From contig NC_010628.1 of assembly GCF_000020025.1 (NCBI RefSeq), forward strand, positions 4,530,001 to 4,562,000: a DNA stretch of 32,000 nucleotides, in the 5' to 3' direction. Of the stretch, positions 8,897 through 17,879 are shown piece after piece (within the stretch, counting starts at the first letter, position 1; each line of letters begins with the position of its first letter). The notes beneath the pieces are model-generated. The model did no database searches, was not told the DNA's origin, and saw only the letters and a list, made by a program, of their open reading frames with translations. Made by a program: the position numbers and the translations under genes. The stretch is from Nostoc punctiforme PCC 73102. Its GTDB lineage: Bacteria > Cyanobacteriota > Cyanobacteriia > Cyanobacteriales > Nostocaceae.

Positions 8897-8981
8897 GGAG
8901 AGGTGTCCGAGCGGTTCATGGTGACGCACTCGAAATGCGTTTTGGGGAAACCCAACGGGGGTTCGAATCCCCCCCTCTCCG
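8897..8981 (+). tRNA. tRNA-Ser (anticodon CGA), class II with long variable arm, CCA not encoded
   Basis: Acceptor stem GGAGAGG/CCTCTCC plus discriminator G. Anticodon stem ACGCA/TGCGT with loop CTCGAAA. Variable arm TTTGGGGAAACCCAAC. T arm GGGGG-TTCGAAT-CCCCC. Confidence 0.9.
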
Positions 8982-9175
8982 TTTAAAAATGTTTCTAAAG
9001 AACTGGACAAACCGATAATGTTTGGCTTGATAACTGGCACGTATAATTATTTGCAAGTGAAACGAGCTTATATTTCCGTGGCTACTGAGTTAAATATTGT
9101 CGAATAAACACTAAAATATACAGCACCAACACAGATTTTTGGGATAAACTAATGCCATCGTGTGAGGAGTGAACG

Positions 9176-10357
9176 ATGGCAAATCTCAGCCTGGGGAGAG
9201 AGTTTTCATTTAGTTTTATCAGTATCTGTTTATATCTGGGTATTAGTATAGGAGTCGTAATTCGGCTTGGGCAATCACAGCAATTAAACGCTGCTACTAC
9301 ACCCACTGAACCTGTATCATTACCGTTTACTATTGCTGAACCTACGTCATTAACACCAAAGCAGCAAACTTCTTCAGATATTATTACTATCAAAGCTGTT
9401 GGAGATATTATTCCCGGCACTAATTTTCCTAACTATAGATTACCCCGGTTTCAGGAGCAATTATTACCAAAGCCAGTGAGATCCCACTTGCAAGGATCTG
9501 ATATTTTATTTGGTAATTTTGAAAGTAGCTTAACTAACTATCCTTACACTACCAAAGATACTAGTAGAGGACAAGTCTTTGCTTTTCGCTCCCCACCTGG
9601 ATATGCTCGGCTATTTGCTGAGGCTGGTTTTAATGTGTTTAATATGGCGAATAATCATGCAATGGATTTCGGTTCGGTAGGGTTCAAAGATACAAAGAAA
9701 AATCTTGAGGCTGTGGGCATTGCAACATTAGGTCATAAAAATCAAATTCTTTATTTGAAAGCTAACAATATCCCTGTGGCAATGGTGGGTTTTTCTCCTT
9801 ATGAAATGTATAATTCCATCCATAATTTAGGAGCAGCCCAAGCTCTGATAGCGAAAGCTAAAAATAAAGCAAATATTGTAATAGTATCGATGCACGCTGG
9901 AGCCGAAGGAACTGAGGCACTACATGTTAAGAATCAGACAGAGTTTTTTTATGGAGAGAACCGAGGTAATTCAATCCAGTTTGCTAGAAATATGATTGAT
10001 GCTGGAGCAGACCTAGTATTAGGACATGGGCCTCACGTTCCGAGAGCGATGGAAATTTATAAGGGAAAAATCATTGCCTACTCTTTAGGAAACTTTTTAG
10101 GATATCGAACTTTATCTACAAATGCCCAGACGGGTGACTCTATGATTTTAGAAGTTAAACTCAACTCTATGGGAGATTTGGTATCAAGTAAAATTATCCC
10201 CGTGCGAATGAATCGTCAAGGAATCCCTCAAATTGATCGGTATTTTCGGACTGTGAAACTTATGCGTGATTTGAATAATCAAGCTTTTCCCAAAAATCCG
10301 GTGAAGATTAATAAGAAAGGGGAAGTTGTTGTAAAGAAAAGGAAATCAGGGATTTAG
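9176..10357 (+). CDS. CapA family (PGA_cap metallophosphatase-like) protein with N-terminal membrane anchor
   Basis: Motifs IKAVGDIIPG, GNFESSLT, FRSPP, ANNHAMDFG, VSMHAG and GHGPHV. ATG start with GAGGAG at 9164-9169. Confidence 0.8.
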   Translation: MANLSLGREFSFSFISICLYLGISIGVVIRLGQSQQLNAATTPTEPVSLPFTIAEPTSLTPKQQTSSDIITIKAVGDIIPGTNFPNYRLPRFQEQLLPKPVRSHLQGSDILFGNFESSLTNYPYTTKDTSRGQVFAFRSPPGYARLFAEAGFNVFNMANNHAMDFGSVGFKDTKKNLEAVGIATLGHKNQILYLKANNIPVAMVGFSPYEMYNSIHNLGAAQALIAKAKNKANIVIVSMHAGAEGTEALHVKNQTEFFYGENRGNSIQFARNMIDAGADLVLGHGPHVPRAMEIYKGKIIAYSLGNFLGYRTLSTNAQTGDSMILEVKLNSMGDLVSSKIIPVRMNRQGIPQIDRYFRTVKLMRDLNNQAFPKNPVKINKKGEVVVKKRKSGI

Positions 10358-10434
10358 CTATGTCACAGAATGGTAACTCTCAAGTAGTTCTTGATACAGA
10401 AAATCTCGACTTTGAAGAAAAAATCTAAAATTGA

Positions 10435-12039
10435 CTAATTATTATCATCTTGTAGCTTTTCTTGCAATTTGCGATCGCTCTGGGGTTGATTATCAGTTGG
10501 TGAATTTTGCTTTTCCAGTGTTGGTACTACTACGGCAGAAGGATCTGACTGTTTGGATTGTGTCGGTGGTGCTGCTGGTATAACCACAGAATTTGGTGGA
10601 ATTATCGGTTGAGGGGAAGCAGAATTCTGATTAGAAGCGGGTGAGTTATTTTGTGGCAATGGTGCGGGAGAAGCACTACGAGTTGATCGGATCGCCCGTA
10701 GTTTCTCTACTAGCGAGGGTGTGGGTGAAACGCTAGGTGAAGGTGCAGATTGCTGCAAATCGCCTCGTTGTGAATCTCCTGTAGGGCTACTAGGAGTTTC
10801 TTCGGGGGAAGAACGGCGATTACGTCGGCGCTGCTTGGAATTAGAAAGAGGTGCTGATTCTGTTCTTGAGGTGGTGTTAGTCTCTGCACCATTTTCTACG
10901 CTAGGTACTTTCGCGGCTGGCTGTTGAGTAGGCTGTTCAAAAAGCGGCTTTGTAGTTGGCTGCGGCTGAGATTTGGGTAAAATGCTAGTGATGCCAAAAC
11001 CTGCGGTAGCAGCAACTAAGGCTACACCCATACCAATGAGTATTTGAGATGATCCCGGTTTTTTTGCCAGTGGGTTTCCTTTAGAGATGCCTTGGTTGGG
11101 TTGTGCAAGCACAGATGGCTTATGAAGGCGATTTCGGCCAGTTTTCCCAAGTAAAGTTGCAGCTTCTTTGGCAGATAAATTGACAGTTGGGACTGCATAA
11201 GTTGCTAAGGCTTCCGGTGTCATCAGCGCCTCATTTCCAGGTAGCAGTTGTAACCACTCGGCAACTGTTGCTGGTCGAAAACGAGACTCCACCGCCATAC
11301 CCCGCATTATTGCCTGATTGACAGCAGCACTCAAGTGTGGTTGTAATTCGCGCGGGGAAGGCATTTGTTCGCGATCGCGCAATAATGCTGGCATAGGAAC
11401 TTGTGCTGTCAAAAGTGCATACAAAGTTGCGGCTAAACCATAAACATCTGTGGCGGGTGTGCGCGGTGCTTGTGTCAAATACTGCTCAATTGGAGAATAG
11501 CCTTCAGAAACTAGACCAGTGTGAGTCTGTCTGACACCGCCATTAAATTCCCTGGCAATGCCAAAATCAATTAGTACTACTTCTTGTGTTCCTTGACGAA
11601 GAATAATATTATCTGGTTTGACATCTCGGTGCAGCAAACCATTGTTATGTACTACCTGTAAAGCTGCTCCAATTTGACGAATGTAATGAATTGCTGTGGC
11701 TTCAGGCAAAGTTATTCCTGGTAATACAAATGCGTCTCCCAAGGTTTCACCACGAATGTATTCCATTACCATGTAAGGCAGTCCAGCTTCCACAAAAAAG
11801 TCACTGACTCGGACTATATTTGGATGAATACACGTAGCTAATCGTCTGGCTTCATCTTGGAATTGGCGCTCAAATTTCGCAAAATCAGGATGTTGTCGCA
11901 GCCGTTCATTGATGGTTTTCATCACCACCTCCTGACCTAAGTAGTGATGGGTAGCTTTAAATGTAATACCAAAGCCACCCCGCCCTATTTCTTGAATTAG
12001 GGTATATTTTCCATCTTGCAAAATTGTGCCTGCTAACAT
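10435..12039 (-). CDS. Ser/Thr protein kinase with TM segment and P/S/Q-rich C-terminal region
   Basis: GRGGFG...[20 protein letters not shown] and SPIE (APE-like). A hydrophobic helix ([22 protein letters not shown]) is followed by a low-complexity tail. Confidence 0.9.
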   Translation of the reverse strand: MLAGTILQDGKYTLIQEIGRGGFGITFKATHHYLGQEVVMKTINERLRQHPDFAKFERQFQDEARRLATCIHPNIVRVSDFFVEAGLPYMVMEYIRGETLGDAFVLPGITLPEATAIHYIRQIGAALQVVHNNGLLHRDVKPDNIILRQGTQEVVLIDFGIAREFNGGVRQTHTGLVSEGYSPIEQYLTQAPRTPATDVYGLAATLYALLTAQVPMPALLRDREQMPSPRELQPHLSAAVNQAIMRGMAVESRFRPATVAEWLQLLPGNEALMTPEALATYAVPTVNLSAKEAATLLGKTGRNRLHKPSVLAQPNQGISKGNPLAKKPGSSQILIGMGVALVAATAGFGITSILPKSQPQPTTKPLFEQPTQQPAAKVPSVENGAETNTTSRTESAPLSNSKQRRRNRRSSPEETPSSPTGDSQRGDLQQSAPSPSVSPTPSLVEKLRAIRSTRSASPAPLPQNNSPASNQNSASPQPIIPPNSVVIPAAPPTQSKQSDPSAVVVPTLEKQNSPTDNQPQSDRKLQEKLQDDNN

Positions 12040-12358
12040 AAAGAGTCCTGAATCCTGAGTGAGCAGATAAATAGCGAGTCCTGAGTCTTGAGGAATTTCT
12101 AAAAATTTTCCCGTATTTTTTATGAGGCAGGGTTTATCACCTGTCTATTCTACGGGATGATTTAGTTGTCGGAACTCCCTAAGCGAGAAAACCTCCCCAC
12201 CTCACAAAAGTTTTATCTTTTTCAGATGATAACGCGGGAGTAAAGAAATTCTGAAGTAGGAAAAAGACTTAAGCTATCTGCTACATCCGTAATGTCAAGG
12301 AGAAAATACGACTCGACGCGCTAGTTGCTACAACATAGTTTCTTAATTGACGCTTTAA

Positions 12359-12670
12359 TTTCGTCTTAATTCAGCACAAGCTGAAACACTCAAAGCACTC
12401 TCCCACCCAGCTATTCCCTGCTACCTTGACTACTTTGAGCTAGATTCACCCAACAGCAGAGGATTTGCACTCGTACAAAGTTATATCTATATCCCAGCCC
12501 AATCTCTAGAAGCACAACTCAAAATTGGGCGTAGTTTCAGTGAAGAAGAAGTTAAGAAACTAGCAAAAGCCATTCTAGAAATTCTCAAATATCTGCATGG
12601 CCGTCAAACGCCCATAATTCATCGTGATATCAAACCAAGCAATATTCTATTAATAAATCGCTCTGGTTGA
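12359..12670 (+). pseudogene. Remnant of a Ser/Thr kinase gene (subdomains III-VIb only)
   Basis: Frame 2 is open from 12359 to the TGA at 12668-12670 with no start codon. It translates to ...AETLKALSHPAIPCYLDYFELDSPNSRGFALVQSYI...ILKYLHGRQTPIIHRDIKPSNILLINRSG*. The glycine loop/VAIK and DFG/APE halves are missing. Sequence upstream (about 12230-12358) has stops in all frames. Confidence 0.7.
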
Positions 12671-12706
12671 GCGATTGGCTAGGCTTACCAATTACTAGAG
12701 AGTAAA

Positions 12707-14035
12707 TCACAAACTAAATTCGGCAGCGCCATTTTCATCCACATTTGGATTTTTACCCATAGCAGTAGGTTTAAATTTAGAGCCATGAATTAATTCAGCA
12801 AACACAATTCCTGGATTTTGGTGAAGAATATTCAGCACACTCATAAAATCTCGCACAATTTCTCCTGGTGTCAGTAATGCTTCCGCACCCAAACGATTAA
12901 TAATTTCTTGCACAAACTCCTTCAATTCACGATTTGTCAAAGTCTGTTCATACCCAAAATTAAGTGCATGAATCTCAGCTAAACGTTGCAGAAGCGTCAA
13001 TATTTCTGCTTCACTCAACGGATTTAGCCGAATCACTGGCCCTGAATTTTCTTGAACATTAGCTTGTGCAACAAAACGACTTTCTTTTGTGCGTCTTTGC
13101 CAAGCTTGGTCTGCAAAAAGTCCGCGTTTGGGATCTTCTAAAAATTTAGTTGTTCCACCAACGACAATGCCAAGATGTTCAGCTTTACACTGCATGGTGT
13201 CGTTAAACATTGCCAGGAGTCGATTATAATTCTTTTCGCGCGTGACTGTAGTAGATATTTGATATAAATGTACAGCTTCATCAACTAAAATTAACAGTCC
13301 TTTATAACCAATCTCAGCGACAAATTTCGCAAACAGTTTTATATAGTCATACCAACTATCATCATCAATAATGACGCGCACTCCTAAAGCTGCTTTCGCC
13401 TCAACTTTAGTAGTAAATTCTCCCCGCAGCCAGCGCATCGCCGCATTTTTTAAATTATCATCATCCATTCGGTAGCCACGCCAATAAGCGATAATCACGC
13501 TACCAAAATCAAAACCGTGAACTAAACCTTCAATATACTGAACTACTTCCCTAATTTTTGATTCAACTTGGTCATCAAAACCATCGTCATTGGGACGCAT
13601 TTCAGTTTCTTTAACCACTTCTTGTTGAATTTTATTAATCCATCCTTCTAAAATCGAAACTAAAGCACCACCATCAGGGCGAGTTTTTGTAGCTAGGTGG
13701 CTCATTAATTCTCTATAAGTGGCTACACCTTCATTGTTGCTTCCAGCTAATCGGCGTTCAGAGGATAAATCAGCATCAGCTACTACAAAACCTTGCTCCA
13801 TAGCACGGTTACGAATTAGTTGCAGTAAAAAACTTTTCCCGGAACCGTAGTTACCAATTATGAAGCGAAATGCTGCTACACCTTCTGCAATATCATCGAG
13901 ATTTTGTAATAGGCTTTTTAGTTCTTTTTCTCGACCTACTGCAATATATTCAACTCCTACTCTTGGTACTACTCCCGCACCAAGGGAATTGATTAAAGCA
14001 GTGGAGATTTTTTTCGAGATTTTGAGCTTTGCCAT
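12707..14035 (-). CDS. P-loop ATPase, DUF2791 / BrxC-BrxD-type BREX ATP-binding domain family
   Basis: N-terminus LINSLGAGVVPRVGVEYIAVGREKEL, Walker A GNYGSGKS (13832-13855) and Walker B LLILVDEA. Length (442 aa) and layout match DUF2791 (PF10923) as I recall it. Confidence 0.7.
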   Translation of the reverse strand: MAKLKISKKISTALINSLGAGVVPRVGVEYIAVGREKELKSLLQNLDDIAEGVAAFRFIIGNYGSGKSFLLQLIRNRAMEQGFVVADADLSSERRLAGSNNEGVATYRELMSHLATKTRPDGGALVSILEGWINKIQQEVVKETEMRPNDDGFDDQVESKIREVVQYIEGLVHGFDFGSVIIAYWRGYRMDDDNLKNAAMRWLRGEFTTKVEAKAALGVRVIIDDDSWYDYIKLFAKFVAEIGYKGLLILVDEAVHLYQISTTVTREKNYNRLLAMFNDTMQCKAEHLGIVVGGTTKFLEDPKRGLFADQAWQRRTKESRFVAQANVQENSGPVIRLNPLSEAEILTLLQRLAEIHALNFGYEQTLTNRELKEFVQEIINRLGAEALLTPGEIVRDFMSVLNILHQNPGIVFAELIHGSKFKPTAMGKNPNVDENGAAEFSL

Positions 14036-14131
14036 GTATTACACTTCACTTTATTCTAAACACATAAGCACGTAGTAAATAGGTAAGGTACATATTCACC
14101 TTACTACTAATCTTACGACGGCAATAATATT

Positions 14132-15469
14132 TTAATTTGGCGACGTATGTCTAGCCATGAGACTTTCATGCATTACAATCATTTTTTTGACATAGGTAAT
14201 ATGCTCATGGTAAACTTCTGGACTTTCCGAATCAGAGTTAATTATTAATTCCCCAATAGTATCATTTGCCCGTTCATTTATAGAATCGATTAAAAGATTT
14301 GGCATAGTGATATTTGCTTCGGCAATTTTTTTAATAGCAGCTTTGGGATTATCTTGTTCAACTATAGCTTTTAATACTTGTAGTTCGTATCCTGGGAGAT
14401 TTTCTAAAAAATTAGTCCATTCTTCAGGTATATTCTCTGATGTATCAATTTCCGAATTGCCTATAACTGCTGTAGTTTCCATTATTTCAGAAAAAGGAAA
14501 CAATTCAGTATCATCTTCTTGAAAACTATCTGCTAAAGGCTCTTGATTAAATGTTTCTAGTTGTTGGAGTAATTCCCATACTTGATTTTGTAATGAATCT
14601 CGTTCTTCTTGCAATAATGAAATTTGCCCTTGCAACTGCTGTAATTCGGATTTGTGTTCTACTAGTTTGGTTTGTGAAGAATGTAGGATAGCTTGAATAT
14701 TTTCTCTTTCAGTTTTTGTCGCTACCAGCAACTGATTTTTTTGCGTTGTCTCAACTTCTAACTCTTGAATTGCAATTCGCAGTTCGTATAGTTTTTCTTC
14801 TAATTGGGGTTTGAGTCTGCCTAAAAGAGTTAAATTACTTTCAACTTCTTGTCTCTCTTGCTGGAGTTCTGAAATTTGGCTTTGCAATTGCGTGATTTCA
14901 GCACGAGATACATTACAATTCGACTCTAGACGACGCTTCTCTGCTGTAAGTATAGAAAAAGCATTATTCAATTCTGTTTGATTTTTCTGCAAGTTATTAA
15001 TTTCAGTTTGCAGACTATTTATTTCAGTCTCTAGCTGTTTTTTTTGTCCGGCAAATGTTCTTAATTCTCGATGTAAACTATCCCTTTGGTTACGGCTTTC
15101 TGTAACTTGATTTTGCAGTTGCTGTGACTCTGCATATAATAAATTATGATGTTCTTCGATTTGATTTATTTCTCTGACAAGACGAGCTTTCAACCCTTCC
15201 ATTTCTTTAATTCGTTTGCGGAGAGAACCTAAAACAAACATTTCATAATTTCTCCGCCGTTTATCTACAAATAATGCTGCTGCATAGATAGTAGCGGCAG
15301 TAATTAAACCTGTGAGAAAAGCTTTATTAAAATCCCAGCTTGGGACGAGACTAAGACCAAAACTCACACTAAAGGCAACTATTCCTAGTATAAATCGATT
15401 GCTGATTGTTACTGATTGCATATTGCTCGTTTTTAGCGTAGTGAAATTATCAGAATAAGTAAGTTTCAT
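14132..15469 (-). CDS. Membrane-anchored coiled-coil protein with C-terminal TerB-C-like domain
   Basis: Two predicted TM helices (aa ~24-44 and 50-68), then a Q/E/L-rich heptad coiled coil of about 230 aa (aa ~80-305) and an acidic linker. The C-terminal ~80 aa (14195-14431: LPGYELQVLKAIV...MPNLLIDSINERANDTIGELIINSDSE) resembles the TerB-C signature (..INE.A.d.iGd.liE..). Confidence 0.6.
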   Translation of the reverse strand: MKLTYSDNFTTLKTSNMQSVTISNRFILGIVAFSVSFGLSLVPSWDFNKAFLTGLITAATIYAAALFVDKRRRNYEMFVLGSLRKRIKEMEGLKARLVREINQIEEHHNLLYAESQQLQNQVTESRNQRDSLHRELRTFAGQKKQLETEINSLQTEINNLQKNQTELNNAFSILTAEKRRLESNCNVSRAEITQLQSQISELQQERQEVESNLTLLGRLKPQLEEKLYELRIAIQELEVETTQKNQLLVATKTERENIQAILHSSQTKLVEHKSELQQLQGQISLLQEERDSLQNQVWELLQQLETFNQEPLADSFQEDDTELFPFSEIMETTAVIGNSEIDTSENIPEEWTNFLENLPGYELQVLKAIVEQDNPKAAIKKIAEANITMPNLLIDSINERANDTIGELIINSDSESPEVYHEHITYVKKMIVMHESLMARHTSPN

Positions 15470-15486
15470 ACTAATTCGTAATACTC

Positions 15487-15505
15487 GCTAGTCGCGTAGC
15501 GTCTC
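15487..15505. repeat. Copy of a short dispersed repeat (core GCGTCTCGTAGAGAAG)
   Basis: The identical 16-mer occurs at 15490-15505 and 18439-18454. Related inverted copies occur at 18801-18840 and 18923-18986. It is flanked by duplicated TAATTCGTAAT. Confidence 0.7.
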
Positions 15506-15722
15506 GTAGAGAAGGCAAAAAGCAAGCTACGTAATTCGTAATTACATTGGCGGATATCCGAATGTAATTAAAAATTAGAATACACAGGTTATTCTGCTTG
15601 GTTAAATAAGGCATTTTTCCAAAGTTTTGTATCATAGTATTTCTGAAATATCTAGTTTTAGTTACTGGCGCATCATAGTGTTATGTAACTAACAAAAAAC
15701 TTTAATAATCAATAAACTAATT

Positions 15723-17078
15723 TTAATCAGAAGTATTGGATGTATTGTTATTTGCATAAAAAAGTCTTAAATCTGCTTTTAAGAAATCAACAAACTGCCG
15801 TGCTGTGCGTCCAGAACGACCGTTGTGGCGAGTTGCCCACTGTAATGCTTGAAACTCTAAATTTTCTTGGGTAATATTAATTTCAGCTTGTGCAGCTAGA
15901 TGTTGTACTATCTTCAAATAAGTTTTCTGATCGGCTGGTTCAAAGGTCAAGGTTAAACCAAAGCGATCGCTAAACGAAAGTTTCTCCTGCATCGTATCCC
16001 AAGCATGGATTTCCTCAGTATCCTTGGGGGTAGGTCTATCCACAAAGAACTCCCGAATCAAGTGGCGGCGATTGGAAGTAGCATACACAACTACATTTTG
16101 CGGCCGCGCGGTTAAATTACCTTCTAAAACTACCTTGAGCGCTTTAAAGGCATCATCATCTTCTTCAAAGGAAAGATCGTCGACAAAGATAATAAACTTT
16201 TGTGACACTCCTCGTAAATGTTCCACAATTTCTGGTAAGTCTTTTAAATCAGATTTTGTCACTTCCAATAAGCGGAGACTACGCTCGCTATATTCATTCA
16301 ACAAAGATTTCACTAAAGAAGATTTGCCAGAACCACGACTACCGTAAAGTAATACATGAAGTGCCATCTCTCCTGATAATAAAAACTCTGTATTTTTTAA
16401 CAAAGCATCTCTTTGAGACTCGTAACCTACAAGCGCACTCAACTTAACTGGATCAGAATATTGGATACCGATAAACTGCCCAGCTTGCCAACGTAAAGCG
16501 CGATATTCTGCAAATAAACCAGAGCCACATTGCCGATAATAAGCCGCCAACTCTTTTACAGCATCACCCCAATTATCTAAGTCTTGCAAATATGTAGCGA
16601 ACTTTGTCTCTACTCCTACGAATTCTTGCTCTTTATACCACACTACTGGCGAAATCGGCATGTGAGCTACGTTTTGTATCCACTCACTCAAAGAGGCGCT
16701 GCTACATTCATAGAGACTTTGCAATATTTGTAAATCATGCTGTACTGCTGCTACTAAAGCTGGGGGCAATTCTTCAAATTCTTTCACTTCAGCCAGCTTT
16801 GTAAAAGGATTCTTAGAGAAGAGAAGTTGAGTAATTAAATAGTCTTCCCAGTTTTGATTTTTAGCAGCTAAAGCGTGGAAGTAACGACCGTAGGCTTGGA
16901 GACAACCACGTGCATCAGAGTCAGTGTAACGTATAGCTTGCAACAGTTCCAGAAATGCTATCCCTACTTCGCCTTGGAGAACAGACTGGTACAGTAAAAG
17001 TGAGTCCGCTTGACGCTGGAGATATTGGACTTTTGTATATAAGGAAGTACTTGTTATTGGCATCGCCTGATTATCCAT
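15723..17078 (-). CDS. AAA-type ATP-binding protein, DUF815 family
   Basis: Walker A GSRGSGKSS and Walker B FIIFVDDLSFEEDD, followed by ATSNRRHL, and the C-terminal block SGRTARQF. ATG at 17078 (the track starts one codon earlier, at a TTG). Confidence 0.75.
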   Translation of the reverse strand: MDNQAMPITSTSLYTKVQYLQRQADSLLLYQSVLQGEVGIAFLELLQAIRYTDSDARGCLQAYGRYFHALAAKNQNWEDYLITQLLFSKNPFTKLAEVKEFEELPPALVAAVQHDLQILQSLYECSSASLSEWIQNVAHMPISPVVWYKEQEFVGVETKFATYLQDLDNWGDAVKELAAYYRQCGSGLFAEYRALRWQAGQFIGIQYSDPVKLSALVGYESQRDALLKNTEFLLSGEMALHVLLYGSRGSGKSSLVKSLLNEYSERSLRLLEVTKSDLKDLPEIVEHLRGVSQKFIIFVDDLSFEEDDDAFKALKVVLEGNLTARPQNVVVYATSNRRHLIREFFVDRPTPKDTEEIHAWDTMQEKLSFSDRFGLTLTFEPADQKTYLKIVQHLAAQAEINITQENLEFQALQWATRHNGRSGRTARQFVDFLKADLRLFYANNNTSNTSD

Positions 17079-17165
17079 CAATCAACTGTGTGGTATAGCT
17101 ATTTAGCTATGGTAAATTGTCTGCTGACCTTGGCAGTAAAGTCAAAATCTACAGATGTATTAACA

Positions 17166-17486
17166 ATGAATTTAAGTATAATTGCTGCTTTCGCCTACGG
17201 CATATTAGCGATCGCTGGTGGCATTATCGGCTATATTCAGGCTAGAAGTAAGGTTTCACTGTTAAGTGGTAGTATTAGCGGTTTTTTACTAATACTTGCC
17301 GCTTACTTTCAACTCCAAGGACAAACCTGGGGTTCGATTTTAGCAGTGTTAGTTACTGCTGTTTTAGTGGTAGTCTTTGCAGTTCGACTAGCTAAAACAC
17401 GCAAGTTTATGCCGGCGGGATTAATGACGATTTTGGGGATGGTGGCATTGGCGGTGATGGTAAATCAAATTGTGGCTTTAAGGTAG
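17166..17486 (+). CDS. Small membrane protein, TMEM14/UPF0136-like (4 TM)
   Basis: From the ATG at 17166: MNLSIIAAFAYGILAIAGGIIGYIQARSKVSLLSGSISG..., with four hydrophobic helices. The upstream 26 codons of the track ORF overlap the divergent promoter region. Confidence 0.65.
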   Translation: MNLSIIAAFAYGILAIAGGIIGYIQARSKVSLLSGSISGFLLILAAYFQLQGQTWGSILAVLVTAVLVVVFAVRLAKTRKFMPAGLMTILGMVALAVMVNQIVALR

Positions 17487-17563
17487 CATCAGTCTTTAAG
17501 GAATAACCACGTTCTTGTTTTTATCCTTACGGTGTACACACAAGTTGAATTACCCCCCTTAAT

Positions 17564-17625
17564 CCCCCCTTGTAAAGGGGGGAAATACGAGATTCTAGTT
17601 CCCTCCCCAATACATACGGGGAGGG
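17564..17625. repeat. Pair of G/C-run hairpin repeats (Nostoc-type dispersed element) in a convergent intergenic region
   Basis: CCCCCCTT-GTA-AAGGGGGG at 17564-17582 and CCCTCCCC-N9-GGGGAGGG at 17601-17625. They may act as bidirectional terminators for the flanking convergent genes. Confidence 0.6.
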
Positions 17626-17671
17626 TTAGGGTGGGGTAATTCGAGGACTGGTAGTGATTCGATAAGGGTAT

Positions 17672-17835
17672 GCATTAACAATGCAAGCCAACGCATTAAC
17701 AATGCAAGCCAACGCACTAACAATGCAAGCTAACGCATTCACGAGGCAAGCCGACGCATTCACGAGGCAAGCCGACGCATTCACAATGCAAGCCAACGCA
17801 TTCACAATGCAAGCTGATGCACTAACAAAGCATGG
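17672..17835. repeat. 21-bp tandem repeat, about 7.7 copies (consensus GCATTMACAATGCAAGCCAAC)
   Basis: Units start at 17672, 17693, 17714, 17735, 17756, 17777 and 17798, with a partial unit at 17819. Units 1, 2, 6 and 7 contain an internal palindrome GCATT-N3-AATGC. Units 4 and 5 are an identical variant (GCATTCACGAGGCAAGCCGAC). Confidence 0.95.
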
Positions 17836-17879
17836 TATTGCCAAATTTAATTCACTACGAATTGATGAAATGCTGTGGT

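Noticed and set aside
8837-9040. 67-aa minus-strand ORF
   Set aside because: It lies antisense across the tRNA-Ser gene (8897-8981). The tRNA fold explains the sequence.
9082-9420. 112-aa minus-strand ORF overlapping the CapA start
   Set aside because: It is antisense to a well-supported CDS with its own SD and ATG. It is Cys- and Ile-rich and shows no motif.
8897-17100. Genomic island integrated at tRNA-Ser (CapA, kinase, kinase remnant, ATPase module downstream of the tRNA)
   Set aside because: I found no direct repeat of the tRNA 3' end downstream and no integrase. Gene orientations and composition are mixed. The idea is not supported by the sequence in this window.
17088-17165. Longer start (GTG/TTG at 17088) for the TMEM14-like gene
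   Set aside because: The first 26 codons are not hydrophobic-helix-like and lie within 10 bp of the divergent DUF815 start. The ATG at 17166 gives the canonical four-helix protein.
17672-17835. CRISPR array
   Set aside because: The units are directly abutting with no unique spacers, and no cas genes are present. The same applies to the 7-bp STRR array at 27935-27976.
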